From positions 192,001-256,000 of the forward strand of contig CAVTWJ010000009.1 in assembly GCA_963738405.1 (NCBI GenBank): 64,000 nucleotides of DNA. Reading direction: 5' to 3'. The stretch comes from a candidate division FCPU426 bacterium (GTDB taxonomy: Bacteria > Oederibacteriota > Muellerivitia > Muellerivitales > Muellerivitaceae). Shown here piece after piece: positions 20,596-30,220 of this stretch (positions within the stretch are counted from its first letter, which is position 1; each line of letters begins with the position of its first letter). The translations under genes were made by a program, and so were the position numbers. The notes beneath the pieces are model-generated. The model saw only the letters and a program-made list of their open reading frames with translations. It made no database searches and was not told the origin of the DNA.

Positions 20596-23500
20596 TTGGC
20601 CTACTACCTCACCTCTGCAATTGATCCGTTAAACCGTGAGAAGCTTTCCGATGACGCGTTAGACTTGGCTTTGGGCGCCCAGTTGTTTTTTCTGGAGGAG
20701 GAATTCCACAAGCAGGGAGCCTCCTGGATGAAGAGGGTTTCCAGTGGGGTTTGGGCCTACTTTGAGAAGGAAAACCCCCTGCCTTTCACCGTTCGACTGC
20801 GATCAGGGCTGCTGGCCCAGGATTGGGAAGGCACGGGGGCCGCTGATTTGCGTGTCGGCATCCACGCCGCGCCCCCGGAAAAGATCCTTCGCACTGGGTT
20901 GGGACCGGCCTTGGATCACGCAAGGGCTCTTTTAGACGCCGCTCCCCGGGGTCAAATTCTTCTTTCCGCTGAAGCCCGAAAAACTTTAACGGTGCCGGAA
21001 GGTTATGACTTTCAAGACATGGGCCTCCATCTTTTGAACGACCTCCTGGAACCCGAAAAGGTTTTTGTCTTGAAAACCAAAGGCCGAGGCCCGGACGACC
21101 CCCCCCCCCTGGTTTCCCTTCAAACTTTTCCTCAAAATCTCCCGGTCCAAAGCGTCCCCTTCCTGGGGCGGGAGGAGGAAATCGAATTCATTCTTCAAAA
21201 CCTTGGACAGCCCGACAAGCGCCTTTTCACGCTGGTAGGGCCGGGAGGTTTCGGAAAAACCCGGCTTTCGCTTCAGGCCGCCGCGCGCTTGATGCATTGT
21301 TTTCCCGACGGTGTTTTTTTTGTAGGGCTGGCGCCCCTCTCCTCCGCCCGATACATGGTGGAAAGCCTGGCCCAGGCCCTTAAGTTTGTTTTTACCGGCG
21401 GCGGGGACGCGGAGCGTCAGCTGTTGAATTACATCCAAGACAAACGCATCCTCCTCATCATGGACAATTTCGAGCATGTGTTGGAAGGCGCCGAACTGGT
21501 GAGCCATATTCTGGAGGGCGCATCCCAAACAGCCATCTTGGCGACCAGCCGGGAAATGTTGAAGGTGGTTGGGGAAACGGTTATGGAAATCAAGGGCCTT
21601 TCCTATCCGGGGCCCCAGGACGCCGATGAACCTGAAAATTACGCTTCCGTCCGGCTTTTTCTCCGGCATGCCCTGAGGGTGGTGCCTCTGTGGGAGCCCG
21701 GCCCAGAGGAGAAGCTCGGCATTTGCCGTTTGAGCCGTGTTTTGGAGGGTATGCCCCTGGGGCTTGAGCTTTCCGCTTCTTGGCTAAAAAGCCTGAGCCC
21801 TTCCGATATCGCGGACAAAATTGAATCTAACCGTGATTTTTTGGCCGCCGAAATGCCGTTTCTCCCCGCCCGCCAGCAGTCCCTCCGGGCGGTTTTTGAA
21901 TATTCCTGGGTTCTGTTGAGTGAACCGCAAAAGAAGGCCCTTCGGGCGGCCTCGGTTTTCAAGGGAGGTTTTACTCCCCAAGCGGCCGCGAAGGTGGCAG
22001 GGGTGACCCCTTCGGTGTTTAAAGAACTGACGGACAAGTTTTTGGTGAGGGCCAAACCCAACGGCTATCTGGAACTGCATGAGCTTCTAAAATTTTACGC
22101 CAAGGAAAAGCTATTCAAGGACCTAGCCGAGAAGGAGCGTGTCCAGGACGCCCATAGCGCCTATCTGGCCCGGGAACTTCGACGCAGGGAAAAGGATTTG
22201 CTGGGCGCCAAGCAGGGGCAAACCATGGCCTATCTGCTGGACGAGATCGGGAATATCCGGGAGGGATGGCGACGGGCGGTGGAGCAAGGTAATGAAGGCT
22301 GGATGGGGGATTACCTGGATTCTCTCTACGCGCTTTATGAAACGAAAGGCTGGTACCAGGAGGGCGTTGAGGCCTTCCAATCGGCGGTTCAAGCTTTGGA
22401 GGCAAAAGCTGGTGGAAAAAAGGCGCCGCGGCCGATTCGGATACTCATGGGAAAGTTGACGGCCCGATGGGGGATGCTGCTTCAGCGCAAAGGGGAAATG
22501 CAAAAGGCCCGGCTGGCTTTTGAGGAAAGTTTGGCTCTCCTGGAAAAAGAGGGCGCCATGAGACAAGCGGCCTTCACCTACAACGGATTAGGATACGTGA
22601 TGGAATCCCTTGGGAGGGACGACCAAGCCCTCGTCTATTACCGGCGCGGCTACCAGATTTACCACAAGGCCCGAGACAAAGCGGGAATGGCCTTCGCCCT
22701 AAACAACATGGGCCATATCGCCCTCCATCTGGGCAACCTTTACGAGGGCCAAAAGACCCTCCGTAAGGCCATGCGCTATTACGAGTCGACCGGATCCCAG
22801 GGCGGGGCCGCCAATTCCTACAACTTGATGGGCGATATCCTCCATGAGTTGTCCGATTACGACCAGGCCCGGTACTATTACCAGAAGGGCCTCTCGGCTT
22901 TCGTGGCCTGCGGGGACCGCAAGGGCGTGGCCTGGTCCTTTAATAACCTGGGCAGGGCCATCGAGGCGATGGGAAATTTCGAGGGCGCCAAACAGATGTA
23001 TAAGGAAGGGCTTACCCTTCACGAGGAATTCGGCGACAACCGGGCCACTGGATGGTCCCATAACCTGTTGGCGGGGGTGCTTTGGGCCATCGGCGATTAC
23101 ACCGCCGCCAGCCAGTTCGCCAAAACCGGATTGGAACTTTACACCCAAGTGGGCGATCCCCGGGGACAAACTTGGTCGTTGGACCTTCTGGGAAACCTGG
23201 CGGTGGCGGAGCGACGTTTCGATGAGGCCAGGCTGTTTTATGAGCGGGGGCGCCAGATCCAGGAAAGGGGGGACGTCAAACCCTTGAATCTTTCCTGGTA
23301 CGCCTATCACCGGGGGACGTTGTTTTTTGCCGAGGGAAAACTAGGACCCGCCCGGCGGCACCTGGAGTCAGCGTTAGAGCAGTTCAAGCGCCGTTCGGAC
23401 ACGATTGGTACCGTGGCCGCCTTGATCCTATTGGCGGAAGTTTCAGTGGAAAGCACCCGTGTTCCCCAGGCCCGCAAGTACCTGGAAGACGCTTTCGACC

Positions 23501-23847
23501 GGGCCTTGACCTCCCGCATTACCCCCCATTTGGTGGATGCCATGGTGACCCTGGCTAAATACATGAAGGCCCTGGGAGATGAGCGCAATGCCTTCGCCTA
23601 TCTGGCGGTGGCCATTCACCAACCCACCTGTCGGCGCGAGACCAAAGACAAGATCGTGCGGTTCGCACAGCTTTTGGAATCCCGCCTTCCCCAGCAGGAT
23701 GTCCGAGACACGGTGCAATGGGCAAGGGCCGCCAACATCGAGGATGTGGCCCAGGACTGGCTTTTGAGCGTCAGGCGGCGGAGTCCAAAAAAGATATCCC
23801 GTGGCCCTAAGGTAAAGAAAAGGGCGCCGGCCCGGCGCAAGAAATAA
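20596..23847 (+). CDS. STAND-type ATPase: degenerate cyclase-like N-domain, NB-ARC-like NTPase, TPR repeats
   Basis: LRVGIH and GQILLS cyclase remnants; NLP..PFLGREEE; Walker A GPGGFGKT; Walker B LLIMDNFEH; GMPLGLEL; many TPR-like repeats. Confidence 0.85.
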   Translation: MAYYLTSAIDPLNREKLSDDALDLALGAQLFFLEEEFHKQGASWMKRVSSGVWAYFEKENPLPFTVRLRSGLLAQDWEGTGAADLRVGIHAAPPEKILRTGLGPALDHARALLDAAPRGQILLSAEARKTLTVPEGYDFQDMGLHLLNDLLEPEKVFVLKTKGRGPDDPPPLVSLQTFPQNLPVQSVPFLGREEEIEFILQNLGQPDKRLFTLVGPGGFGKTRLSLQAAARLMHCFPDGVFFVGLAPLSSARYMVESLAQALKFVFTGGGDAERQLLNYIQDKRILLIMDNFEHVLEGAELVSHILEGASQTAILATSREMLKVVGETVMEIKGLSYPGPQDADEPENYASVRLFLRHALRVVPLWEPGPEEKLGICRLSRVLEGMPLGLELSASWLKSLSPSDIADKIESNRDFLAAEMPFLPARQQSLRAVFEYSWVLLSEPQKKALRAASVFKGGFTPQAAAKVAGVTPSVFKELTDKFLVRAKPNGYLELHELLKFYAKEKLFKDLAEKERVQDAHSAYLARELRRREKDLLGAKQGQTMAYLLDEIGNIREGWRRAVEQGNEGWMGDYLDSLYALYETKGWYQEGVEAFQSAVQALEAKAGGKKAPRPIRILMGKLTARWGMLLQRKGEMQKARLAFEESLALLEKEGAMRQAAFTYNGLGYVMESLGRDDQALVYYRRGYQIYHKARDKAGMAFALNNMGHIALHLGNLYEGQKTLRKAMRYYESTGSQGGAANSYNLMGDILHELSDYDQARYYYQKGLSAFVACGDRKGVAWSFNNLGRAIEAMGNFEGAKQMYKEGLTLHEEFGDNRATGWSHNLLAGVLWAIGDYTAASQFAKTGLELYTQVGDPRGQTWSLDLLGNLAVAERRFDEARLFYERGRQIQERGDVKPLNLSWYAYHRGTLFFAEGKLGPARRHLESALEQFKRRSDTIGTVAALILLAEVSVESTRVPQARKYLEDAFDRALTSRITPHLVDAMVTLAKYMKALGDERNAFAYLAVAIHQPTCRRETKDKIVRFAQLLESRLPQQDVRDTVQWARAANIEDVAQDWLLSVRRRSPKKISRGPKVKKRAPARRKK

Positions 23848-23856
23848 GGGCTCGGA

Positions 23857-25263
23857 TTGAAAAGCGCCTTCTTGGTTAACCAAAATTCTATTGGTTATAC
23901 ATGGATTGCTTTAACGGCGGTGTTGTTTTGTCAGCCGCAAGCCTTCGCGGATGAGCCTTCGGGCAAGCAAGTTTCCTCCATTCGAGAATATGCCTATGGC
24001 AAATCGGGGGAGTGGCTTTATGAAGCCCTTTCCAAGATCCATTGGCCCAGGACCCGGGCCCTCGCGGAGAAGGAAAGGCTGTTTAAGATTCCCGTCGATT
24101 GGCAAAAACAAGAATACGAAAATAAAGAAGGGTTCCCCTATCTTTTCCCCTGCGCCCTGGATTACGCGGCGGGAAGTCCCTCCACATCTGTCATCGCGAC
24201 CGGCTACCGTGTTAAGTACCACAGCAACGCCAAAAAATTGTTCGATGATTATTTTGCGAGGATTCAGTCCTGCCGTTTTTTGAACACAAAGGCCAAAGCT
24301 TTAATCGCCCAGCAGGAAGAGATGACGCGGGACAAGGCCATGGTTTTTTACATTTCCTTCGATCAAGGCCAAGTCCAAAGCGTTTATTATCCAGGAAAGA
24401 TTGAGTTCAAGGGGGGGGACCGGCGTCATATGGAAAAATGGCTTCCGGAAGCGCGGGAGGATGAAAAAAGCTTTAAGAAGACCGACTATGCCTTGGTGCA
24501 AAATTCCCAGGGGCTTCTCGCGATCCTCAACGGGACCTTTGACCGGGAAGATAATTTCGTTTGGTGGAATAAGGACGCGGCCAAGCGCCGTTACGCGGGG
24601 CTTCAGTTTGACGGCCGTCTCTTTTTGCCGGTTCAACCGGAGATGGCCACCTTCGCTTTATACGAGGGGGGAGGGGTAACCTTGGGGACCTATCAGAGCC
24701 TGAAGAACAAGGAAAAAATAAAAACCCTTGTTCAGAACCGGTTTATGGTGATGGCGGATGGGGAAGAAGGAAAAGACGAGTTTCCCGACGCCTACTGCGG
24801 ATTTTACGACAACATCGCGCGGTCTTATCTTTTCACCGACAAACACCACCGTATCGGTTTTCTATGGTCCCTTTACACCCCTCCCAGCGTTCTGGTGCCA
24901 TTAGCCAAGGAGATGGGAATTGAGAACATGATGCTGTTGGATATCCATTCACCGGTGGCGGCAACCCTATCGGACCCGGCGGGACCCTATGATTACACCA
25001 ACTTCAGGGACTACATGAAACGGTCTTTCGACCTGATTCCCAATTTTTTTAGGCTTTATCCCCTGCGGTCGGCCATCGTCTGGCTATCCCGGGCGCTTCA
25101 AAGCGGCATTCAAACCCATTATGTCTTGGAGGCGTTTCAGAATGGGGATGAGGACTACTTTGCGTTTTTCTTAAAGGGGTCGCCGGAAGCCCAAAGGGTG
25201 GAAAGAATGGGAGGGCAGACCCTTTCCACACCGAGCCTCAGTTCTTCCGGCTCAGTAAAATAA
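23857..25263 (+). CDS. Hypothetical exported protein, possible phosphodiester glycosidase (NAGPA-like) domain
   Basis: Signal-like N-terminus; LLAILNGTF, ARSYL and LAKEMGIENMMLLD resemble the NGGF / R(T/S) / LDxx motifs. Confidence 0.4.
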   Translation: MKSAFLVNQNSIGYTWIALTAVLFCQPQAFADEPSGKQVSSIREYAYGKSGEWLYEALSKIHWPRTRALAEKERLFKIPVDWQKQEYENKEGFPYLFPCALDYAAGSPSTSVIATGYRVKYHSNAKKLFDDYFARIQSCRFLNTKAKALIAQQEEMTRDKAMVFYISFDQGQVQSVYYPGKIEFKGGDRRHMEKWLPEAREDEKSFKKTDYALVQNSQGLLAILNGTFDREDNFVWWNKDAAKRRYAGLQFDGRLFLPVQPEMATFALYEGGGVTLGTYQSLKNKEKIKTLVQNRFMVMADGEEGKDEFPDAYCGFYDNIARSYLFTDKHHRIGFLWSLYTPPSVLVPLAKEMGIENMMLLDIHSPVAATLSDPAGPYDYTNFRDYMKRSFDLIPNFFRLYPLRSAIVWLSRALQSGIQTHYVLEAFQNGDEDYFAFFLKGSPEAQRVERMGGQTLSTPSLSSSGSVK

Positions 25264-25278
25264 AAGCGAAAATACCCG

Positions 25279-25986
25279 CTACCATTTCAATTCATGGCCG
25301 TCGTGATAAATGAATTGTCCCGTTTTTTGAAGGGATAATTCTTTGGCGGTTTTGACGATGGCCGAAGTGGCTTCCTCGGCCGACAAGGGGGCGCTAGGGC
25401 CTCCCATGTCGGTTTTGACCCAGCCCGGGTCCAAACAAACGACCGTGATGCCTTCCTCCTTGAATTGGAAGGCCATGGTGCGGGTGAGCATGTTGAGGGC
25501 CGCCTTGGAGGCGCCATAGGCATAAAACCCGCCTTCGTTTTTTCCGGAAAGGGAAGCCAATCCGGAAGTGATATTGACGATCCTGGGATTTTTGGATTTC
25601 CGCAGGAGTGATAGGAATTCCCGTGACACCCTCATTGGCCCTATCACGTTTATTTCGTAGGCGTCACGGCAGTTTTTAAAATCCACTTCCTCCAACTTGG
25701 CAAAGGCCGGGCCGGGGGATATGCCCGCGTTATTGATCACGATATCCAGATGATCGGTTTGGCCCGCGACTTCCAGGGCGGCTTTTTTTGCCGATTCGTC
25801 CGAGTCCACTTCCATCGGGATTAAAAAAAGTGAATTGGGATTTTTTTGTTTGAGGGTTTGAAGCTTGGAATTCTGTTGCGGATTTCGGCAAGCCGCGTAC
25901 ACGCGGTCTCCCTGGGTTAGAAATACTTTCGTCAATCCCAATCCGATTCCACGGCTGGCTCCGGTAATGAGCGCGCTTTCGGGCAT
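25279..25986 (-). CDS. SDR oxidoreductase (C-factor/CsgA-like)
   Basis: TGASRGIGL, INNAG, YGASKAALNM, PGWVKTDMGG. Confidence 0.92.
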   Translation of the reverse strand: MPESALITGASRGIGLGLTKVFLTQGDRVYAACRNPQQNSKLQTLKQKNPNSLFLIPMEVDSDESAKKAALEVAGQTDHLDIVINNAGISPGPAFAKLEEVDFKNCRDAYEINVIGPMRVSREFLSLLRKSKNPRIVNITSGLASLSGKNEGGFYAYGASKAALNMLTRTMAFQFKEEGITVVCLDPGWVKTDMGGPSAPLSAEEATSAIVKTAKELSLQKTGQFIYHDGHELKW

Positions 25987-26043
25987 ATTTTGTCTCCTTC
26001 AGGATGCGAAATGAAATTTTTAAATGATTTCAGTTATTTAGAA

Positions 26044-26121
26044 TTGAAGCGGTTTCAAAAAGAAAACTGATTCGAGATTTTAGCTGTTCATCCCGGAGGT
26101 TCAAGATTGATACCGCTTTCA
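26044..26121. promoter_or_regulatory. Pair of LacI/CcpA(cre)-type operators
   Basis: TTGAAGCGGTTTCA at 26044-26057 and TGATACCGCTTTCA at 26108-26121; the second fits TGWNANCGNTNWCA; upstream of the first GH8 gene. Confidence 0.55.
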
Positions 26122-26273
26122 GTTTGAAGAATCAGGTCCCGAGACTCGAGGAGGCTGATGCGTTAAACCATATTTTTCAACGAATCAACCATTCTTGAGC
26201 CGTGGATAAGGTATATTTTTAAAATCCGGAGAAAAAATTCTTCGGCATATTTTAAAGTCAGGGGCCAGAAAAC

Positions 26274-29200
26274 TTGCAACGCGCTATCTTCATCTTTTTT
26301 TTGTGCCTGGCCGCTTTTGCCCTTCCCGTCAAACAAGTAATAGCCCAAAACGTCAATGGAACCGCGGGAAATTTTCCTTTTCCCCAAAACCGTGACAACC
26401 CTTACGGCTATCACTCCTCCCTTAATAACAATGCTGATGTTTTAGCGGCCTACAACAAGTGGTACTCGGACTGCGTGGTCACTGACAGCTCCACGGGCTA
26501 TCAAAGGGTCACCCGGCCCAACGACTCAGGATTGAATCTCAATTCCACCGTATCCGAGGGGATCGGCTACGGACTGGTAATCGCCGTTTATATGAACGAT
26601 GAGAAGTTATTCGACAGCATTTGGAATTACGAACAGAAGCACCTAGATGGAAACCACCTGATGAATTGGTATATCGATCAAAGCGGCGCAAATGACGGAA
26701 CTGGAGCCGCCACCGACGCGGATGAGGATATGGCTTGGGCCCTCTTGATGGCCAATCGGCAATGGGGAGGGAGCGGGACATTAAGTAATACCTACCTTAA
26801 CTTCGCTGTCAGCCAAATCAATAACATCTATGCCACTGAATTGAACGGAGGGGTACCAGACGGAGGGGACGGGTTTACCCCCATCAACCCATCTTATTTC
26901 GACCCGGGCTATTATCGTGAATTCGCTTCGGCCACAAACAATTCAGGCTGGTTGGCAGTGGCCGCCAGCTGTTACACCGTTCTGAATGACAACCTTTCCC
27001 AAGGGTACGGCAACGCGAATAACGGGCTGGATTCAGCCTGGTGTACCAACGCGGGAGTTTCCACCGCCACCAACAATTCGCCTTGGGATTACCAGTACGA
27101 CGCTTGCCGTACGCCTTTTAGAACTGTCAAAGATTTTCTTTGGTTTGGCACTGCTTCCGCCCAGACCTATTTGACCAAGACCAGTAATTTCTTTTCGGGA
27201 ATCGGTGCGGTCTCAATTGTGGACGGCTATCAATTAAACGGCACACCCCATCCCCAACTTCCCACACTGAAGGTTTCGCAAAACCCCGGGTTCCAGTCGG
27301 CTGCTTTTGTGGGGCCTGCGGGATGTGGTGCCATGATCAGCAATACTTACCAGGGTTATATAGACGACACTTACAAGAATCTGGTGGGCTCCAAACTTCT
27401 GGTGGGGGGTACCTATTATGATGAATCCTGGACGGTGATGTCCCTGCTGATGCTCTCAGACAACTTTTTAGACTATAACCTCTATGTTTCCCCCACCCCC
27501 ACACCGACCTTGTCTGCTTATGCGCCTGCAACCATACGGGTCGACACCGGGTCGGTCACACAACTCGTAGATAGCGCCGGAGCGACCTGGGCGGCGGACA
27601 AACAGTTCACGGCCGGAAGCTGGGGGTACGATTCGGCCTCTGCGGGAAGCACTTCCGTTTATTCCGGCCAGGCTGTCAGCGGAACGGTTAACAATCAATT
27701 AGGCCTATACCAAACTGAGAGGTGGGGAAACCCAACCTACCATTTCACGGTTCCAAATGGCTATTACCAGGTGCTCTTCAAGTTTTGTGAGAATTATGAC
27801 GGTGATTCGCATGTTGGTGGAAGGGTATTTAGTGTGGTGGAGGCGGGAGACCCAGTTATTACCAATTTGGATGTCTATAAATCCGTGGGAGAGCACGCGG
27901 CTTACGATGTCCCCACGACTTGCGTTGTATCTACCGGCCAATTGGATATCGTCTTTAGTTCAAGTGCTGATACCTCGCAAGTGAACGCTATACAGATTAT
28001 CCGGCTGCAGACCCCGCCAACGCCCACCATAACCCCAACTAAGGTAGCGACGGCCACTAACACACCGACTACCCCACCGAGTCCGACGCCTGGGGGCCCC
28101 ACGGCTACCAATACCTTTTCTCCTACCATTACTCAGACCCCAACTGCCTCCTTTACAAAGACGATGACGGGTACTTCTACTTTTAGTCCAACGCCTGGGA
28201 GCCCCACGGCAACCCCAACCATTACGAATACCTTCACGGTTACGGCCACCGCCACCGCGACATCTACAGGCACGGCGACCTTTTCAGTGACGCCTACCGC
28301 GACGCCCACTCCGCTTTATGTCAATTGCGCTGGTCCCTTAACTGTTGATGGAGGTGGTATCTCTTGGCTCGCGGACCAGGCCTACACCGCTGGAAGCTGG
28401 GGTTACACTTCTGGGACGTCCTATAGCAGCGGGGGGCCGATTGCCAATACGGTGGATCCAACACTCTATGAAACGGAAAGAGCGGCGGGAGGAGTAACTT
28501 ATAAATTCACCCTTCCCAATGGAGTCTACGACGTGGTGTTGAAATACGCAGAAACTTATTACACCACCATTGGAGCCAGGGTGTTCAATGTGGCCTTAAA
28601 CGGAGTTACGGTTTTGAGTAATTTTGACATTTACAAAGACTCGGGCGGAAAGAACATCGCTGACGACAAAACCTTCGCGGTTACGGTTACAAACGGAACC
28701 CTGGAATTAGACGAAACGGCGTCCGTGCAAATTGCGACGATTCAGGCCATCGGCATTACCTATCTGGTTCTTCCCACTTCGACCCCGACCGCTACCTCGT
28801 CTTTCACCCCGACGATTACTTTGTCCGCAACCCGGACTCCCTCTTCTACCCCGTCAACAACTTTTACCCCCGTTTTAACCAACACCCCCACCGCAACTTC
28901 TTCCTACACCGCAACAGCGACGCCTACCGTTACTTCAACGTATACTTCGAGCCATACCTTTACTTCCACGCCTTCAAATACGGCCACATCGACCTCAACG
29001 CCAGGGTTTACCACCACCCTCACACCGACTTTTTCTTCGACTTACACCGGGACAGCCACCTTGAGCCCCACCGGAACACCCACCCTTACCTTTACGCCTC
29101 CCTTCACGGCGACGCCAACCATGACGAGAACTTTCACTCCAACTGTCTCCTTATCTTTTACGGTTAGTTTTACTCCTACACTTACCGGCACACCCACCCT

Positions 29201-30005
29201 CTCGCCTACTAAGACTTTGACTCCGGTTTTGAGTTTTACCTTCACTTCCACGACTACCCCAACTCTAAGCCCAACCCCAACACCCACTTACACCTCAACA
29301 GCGACTTCCACCGCCACGGGAACGGGTACGCTAACCCCTACCAGAACTTTCACGCCCGTATTTAGTTTTACTTTTTCTGCGACCACAACCTCTACCGCTA
29401 CAAGGACCTCCACAGCTTCCGCGACTCCAACCTTCACGCCCTCGGTCACAAATTCAATAACGACTACCGCGTCTCTTACTGCGACTCGAACTTTCACCTC
29501 TGTTTTCAGCGCTACCTATACGCCAACTCTTTCGGCTACATCTACTCAGGTTTATTCTCCGACTTACACCGGGACGGCTACATTTAGCCCCACTCGAACT
29601 TTCACGACTGTTTTTACCAGCAGCCCAACGTCGACAATAACGGTTACTCCCACCTGGACTTGGACCCAATCTCCCACCCCAACTCTTTACAACACCTTCA
29701 GCCCAACCTATTCGCCCATGCCCATTACGGGTGGAAAGCCTGTTGTTTTCCCTAATCCCTCGAACGGAACCAAGCCGGTTTTGATCCATTTCCCGTCAGG
29801 TGCGCTGACTAACGGCAAAATTCAGCTTTTTACAACAGCCTTCCGAAAAGTTTTGGATATTCCTTACTATTTACAGACGGGAGAAACAAATTTCTCATTT
29901 GAAGTAAAAGACCAAAGCGGCAATCTTTTGGCCAGCGGTTTGTACTACCTTGTTTTGACCAATTCTCAGGGAAAGCAGATACTGAAATTGCTGGTTCTTC
30001 GATAG
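26274..30005 (+). CDS. Secreted GH8 glycanase with two malectin-like domains, Thr/Ser/Pro stalks and a T9SS-like C-terminal domain
   Basis: TVSEGIGYG, ATDADED, NPSYF, YDACR; malectin motifs LYQTERW..F.VPNG.Y.V..KF.E..RVF, twice; tail VFPNP..LASGLYY..KLLVLR. Confidence 0.88.
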   Translation: MQRAIFIFFLCLAAFALPVKQVIAQNVNGTAGNFPFPQNRDNPYGYHSSLNNNADVLAAYNKWYSDCVVTDSSTGYQRVTRPNDSGLNLNSTVSEGIGYGLVIAVYMNDEKLFDSIWNYEQKHLDGNHLMNWYIDQSGANDGTGAATDADEDMAWALLMANRQWGGSGTLSNTYLNFAVSQINNIYATELNGGVPDGGDGFTPINPSYFDPGYYREFASATNNSGWLAVAASCYTVLNDNLSQGYGNANNGLDSAWCTNAGVSTATNNSPWDYQYDACRTPFRTVKDFLWFGTASAQTYLTKTSNFFSGIGAVSIVDGYQLNGTPHPQLPTLKVSQNPGFQSAAFVGPAGCGAMISNTYQGYIDDTYKNLVGSKLLVGGTYYDESWTVMSLLMLSDNFLDYNLYVSPTPTPTLSAYAPATIRVDTGSVTQLVDSAGATWAADKQFTAGSWGYDSASAGSTSVYSGQAVSGTVNNQLGLYQTERWGNPTYHFTVPNGYYQVLFKFCENYDGDSHVGGRVFSVVEAGDPVITNLDVYKSVGEHAAYDVPTTCVVSTGQLDIVFSSSADTSQVNAIQIIRLQTPPTPTITPTKVATATNTPTTPPSPTPGGPTATNTFSPTITQTPTASFTKTMTGTSTFSPTPGSPTATPTITNTFTVTATATATSTGTATFSVTPTATPTPLYVNCAGPLTVDGGGISWLADQAYTAGSWGYTSGTSYSSGGPIANTVDPTLYETERAAGGVTYKFTLPNGVYDVVLKYAETYYTTIGARVFNVALNGVTVLSNFDIYKDSGGKNIADDKTFAVTVTNGTLELDETASVQIATIQAIGITYLVLPTSTPTATSSFTPTITLSATRTPSSTPSTTFTPVLTNTPTATSSYTATATPTVTSTYTSSHTFTSTPSNTATSTSTPGFTTTLTPTFSSTYTGTATLSPTGTPTLTFTPPFTATPTMTRTFTPTVSLSFTVSFTPTLTGTPTLSPTKTLTPVLSFTFTSTTTPTLSPTPTPTYTSTATSTATGTGTLTPTRTFTPVFSFTFSATTTSTATRTSTASATPTFTPSVTNSITTTASLTATRTFTSVFSATYTPTLSATSTQVYSPTYTGTATFSPTRTFTTVFTSSPTSTITVTPTWTWTQSPTPTLYNTFSPTYSPMPITGGKPVVFPNPSNGTKPVLIHFPSGALTNGKIQLFTTAFRKVLDIPYYLQTGETNFSFEVKDQSGNLLASGLYYLVLTNSQGKQILKLLVLR
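28772..29720 (+). repeat. Low-complexity (Thr/Ser-X)n coding stalk of about 315 codons
   Basis: T/S at alternating positions; recurring TRTFT(P/S/T)V(F/L)S-like motif. Confidence 0.85.
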
Positions 30006-30135
30006 AATTCGTTCATTTCGTCAAAAAACTGAAGGAAAATTGCCAAATCCTGACAAAAAGTTCTTCTTGAGGATCATTTTCAGCTTCGTTCCATCCCCAA
30101 ATCATGTTTTTTACCGATAAACCCCTTTCGCTCTA

Positions 30136-30151
30136 AGGTATGGAAATTGCT
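30136..30151 (+). promoter_or_regulatory. Candidate sigma54 (-24/-12) promoter of the second GH8 gene
   Basis: AGGTATGGAAATTGCT: GG-N10-GC with TTGCT, about 70 bp upstream of the start. Confidence 0.45.
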
Positions 30152-30220
30152 CCTTTAACTCTTCACCTAGTTGAGGTAGCCTTTTAGTCCGGCCTCAAAT
30201 TTCACCAAAGAGAAATCGAT

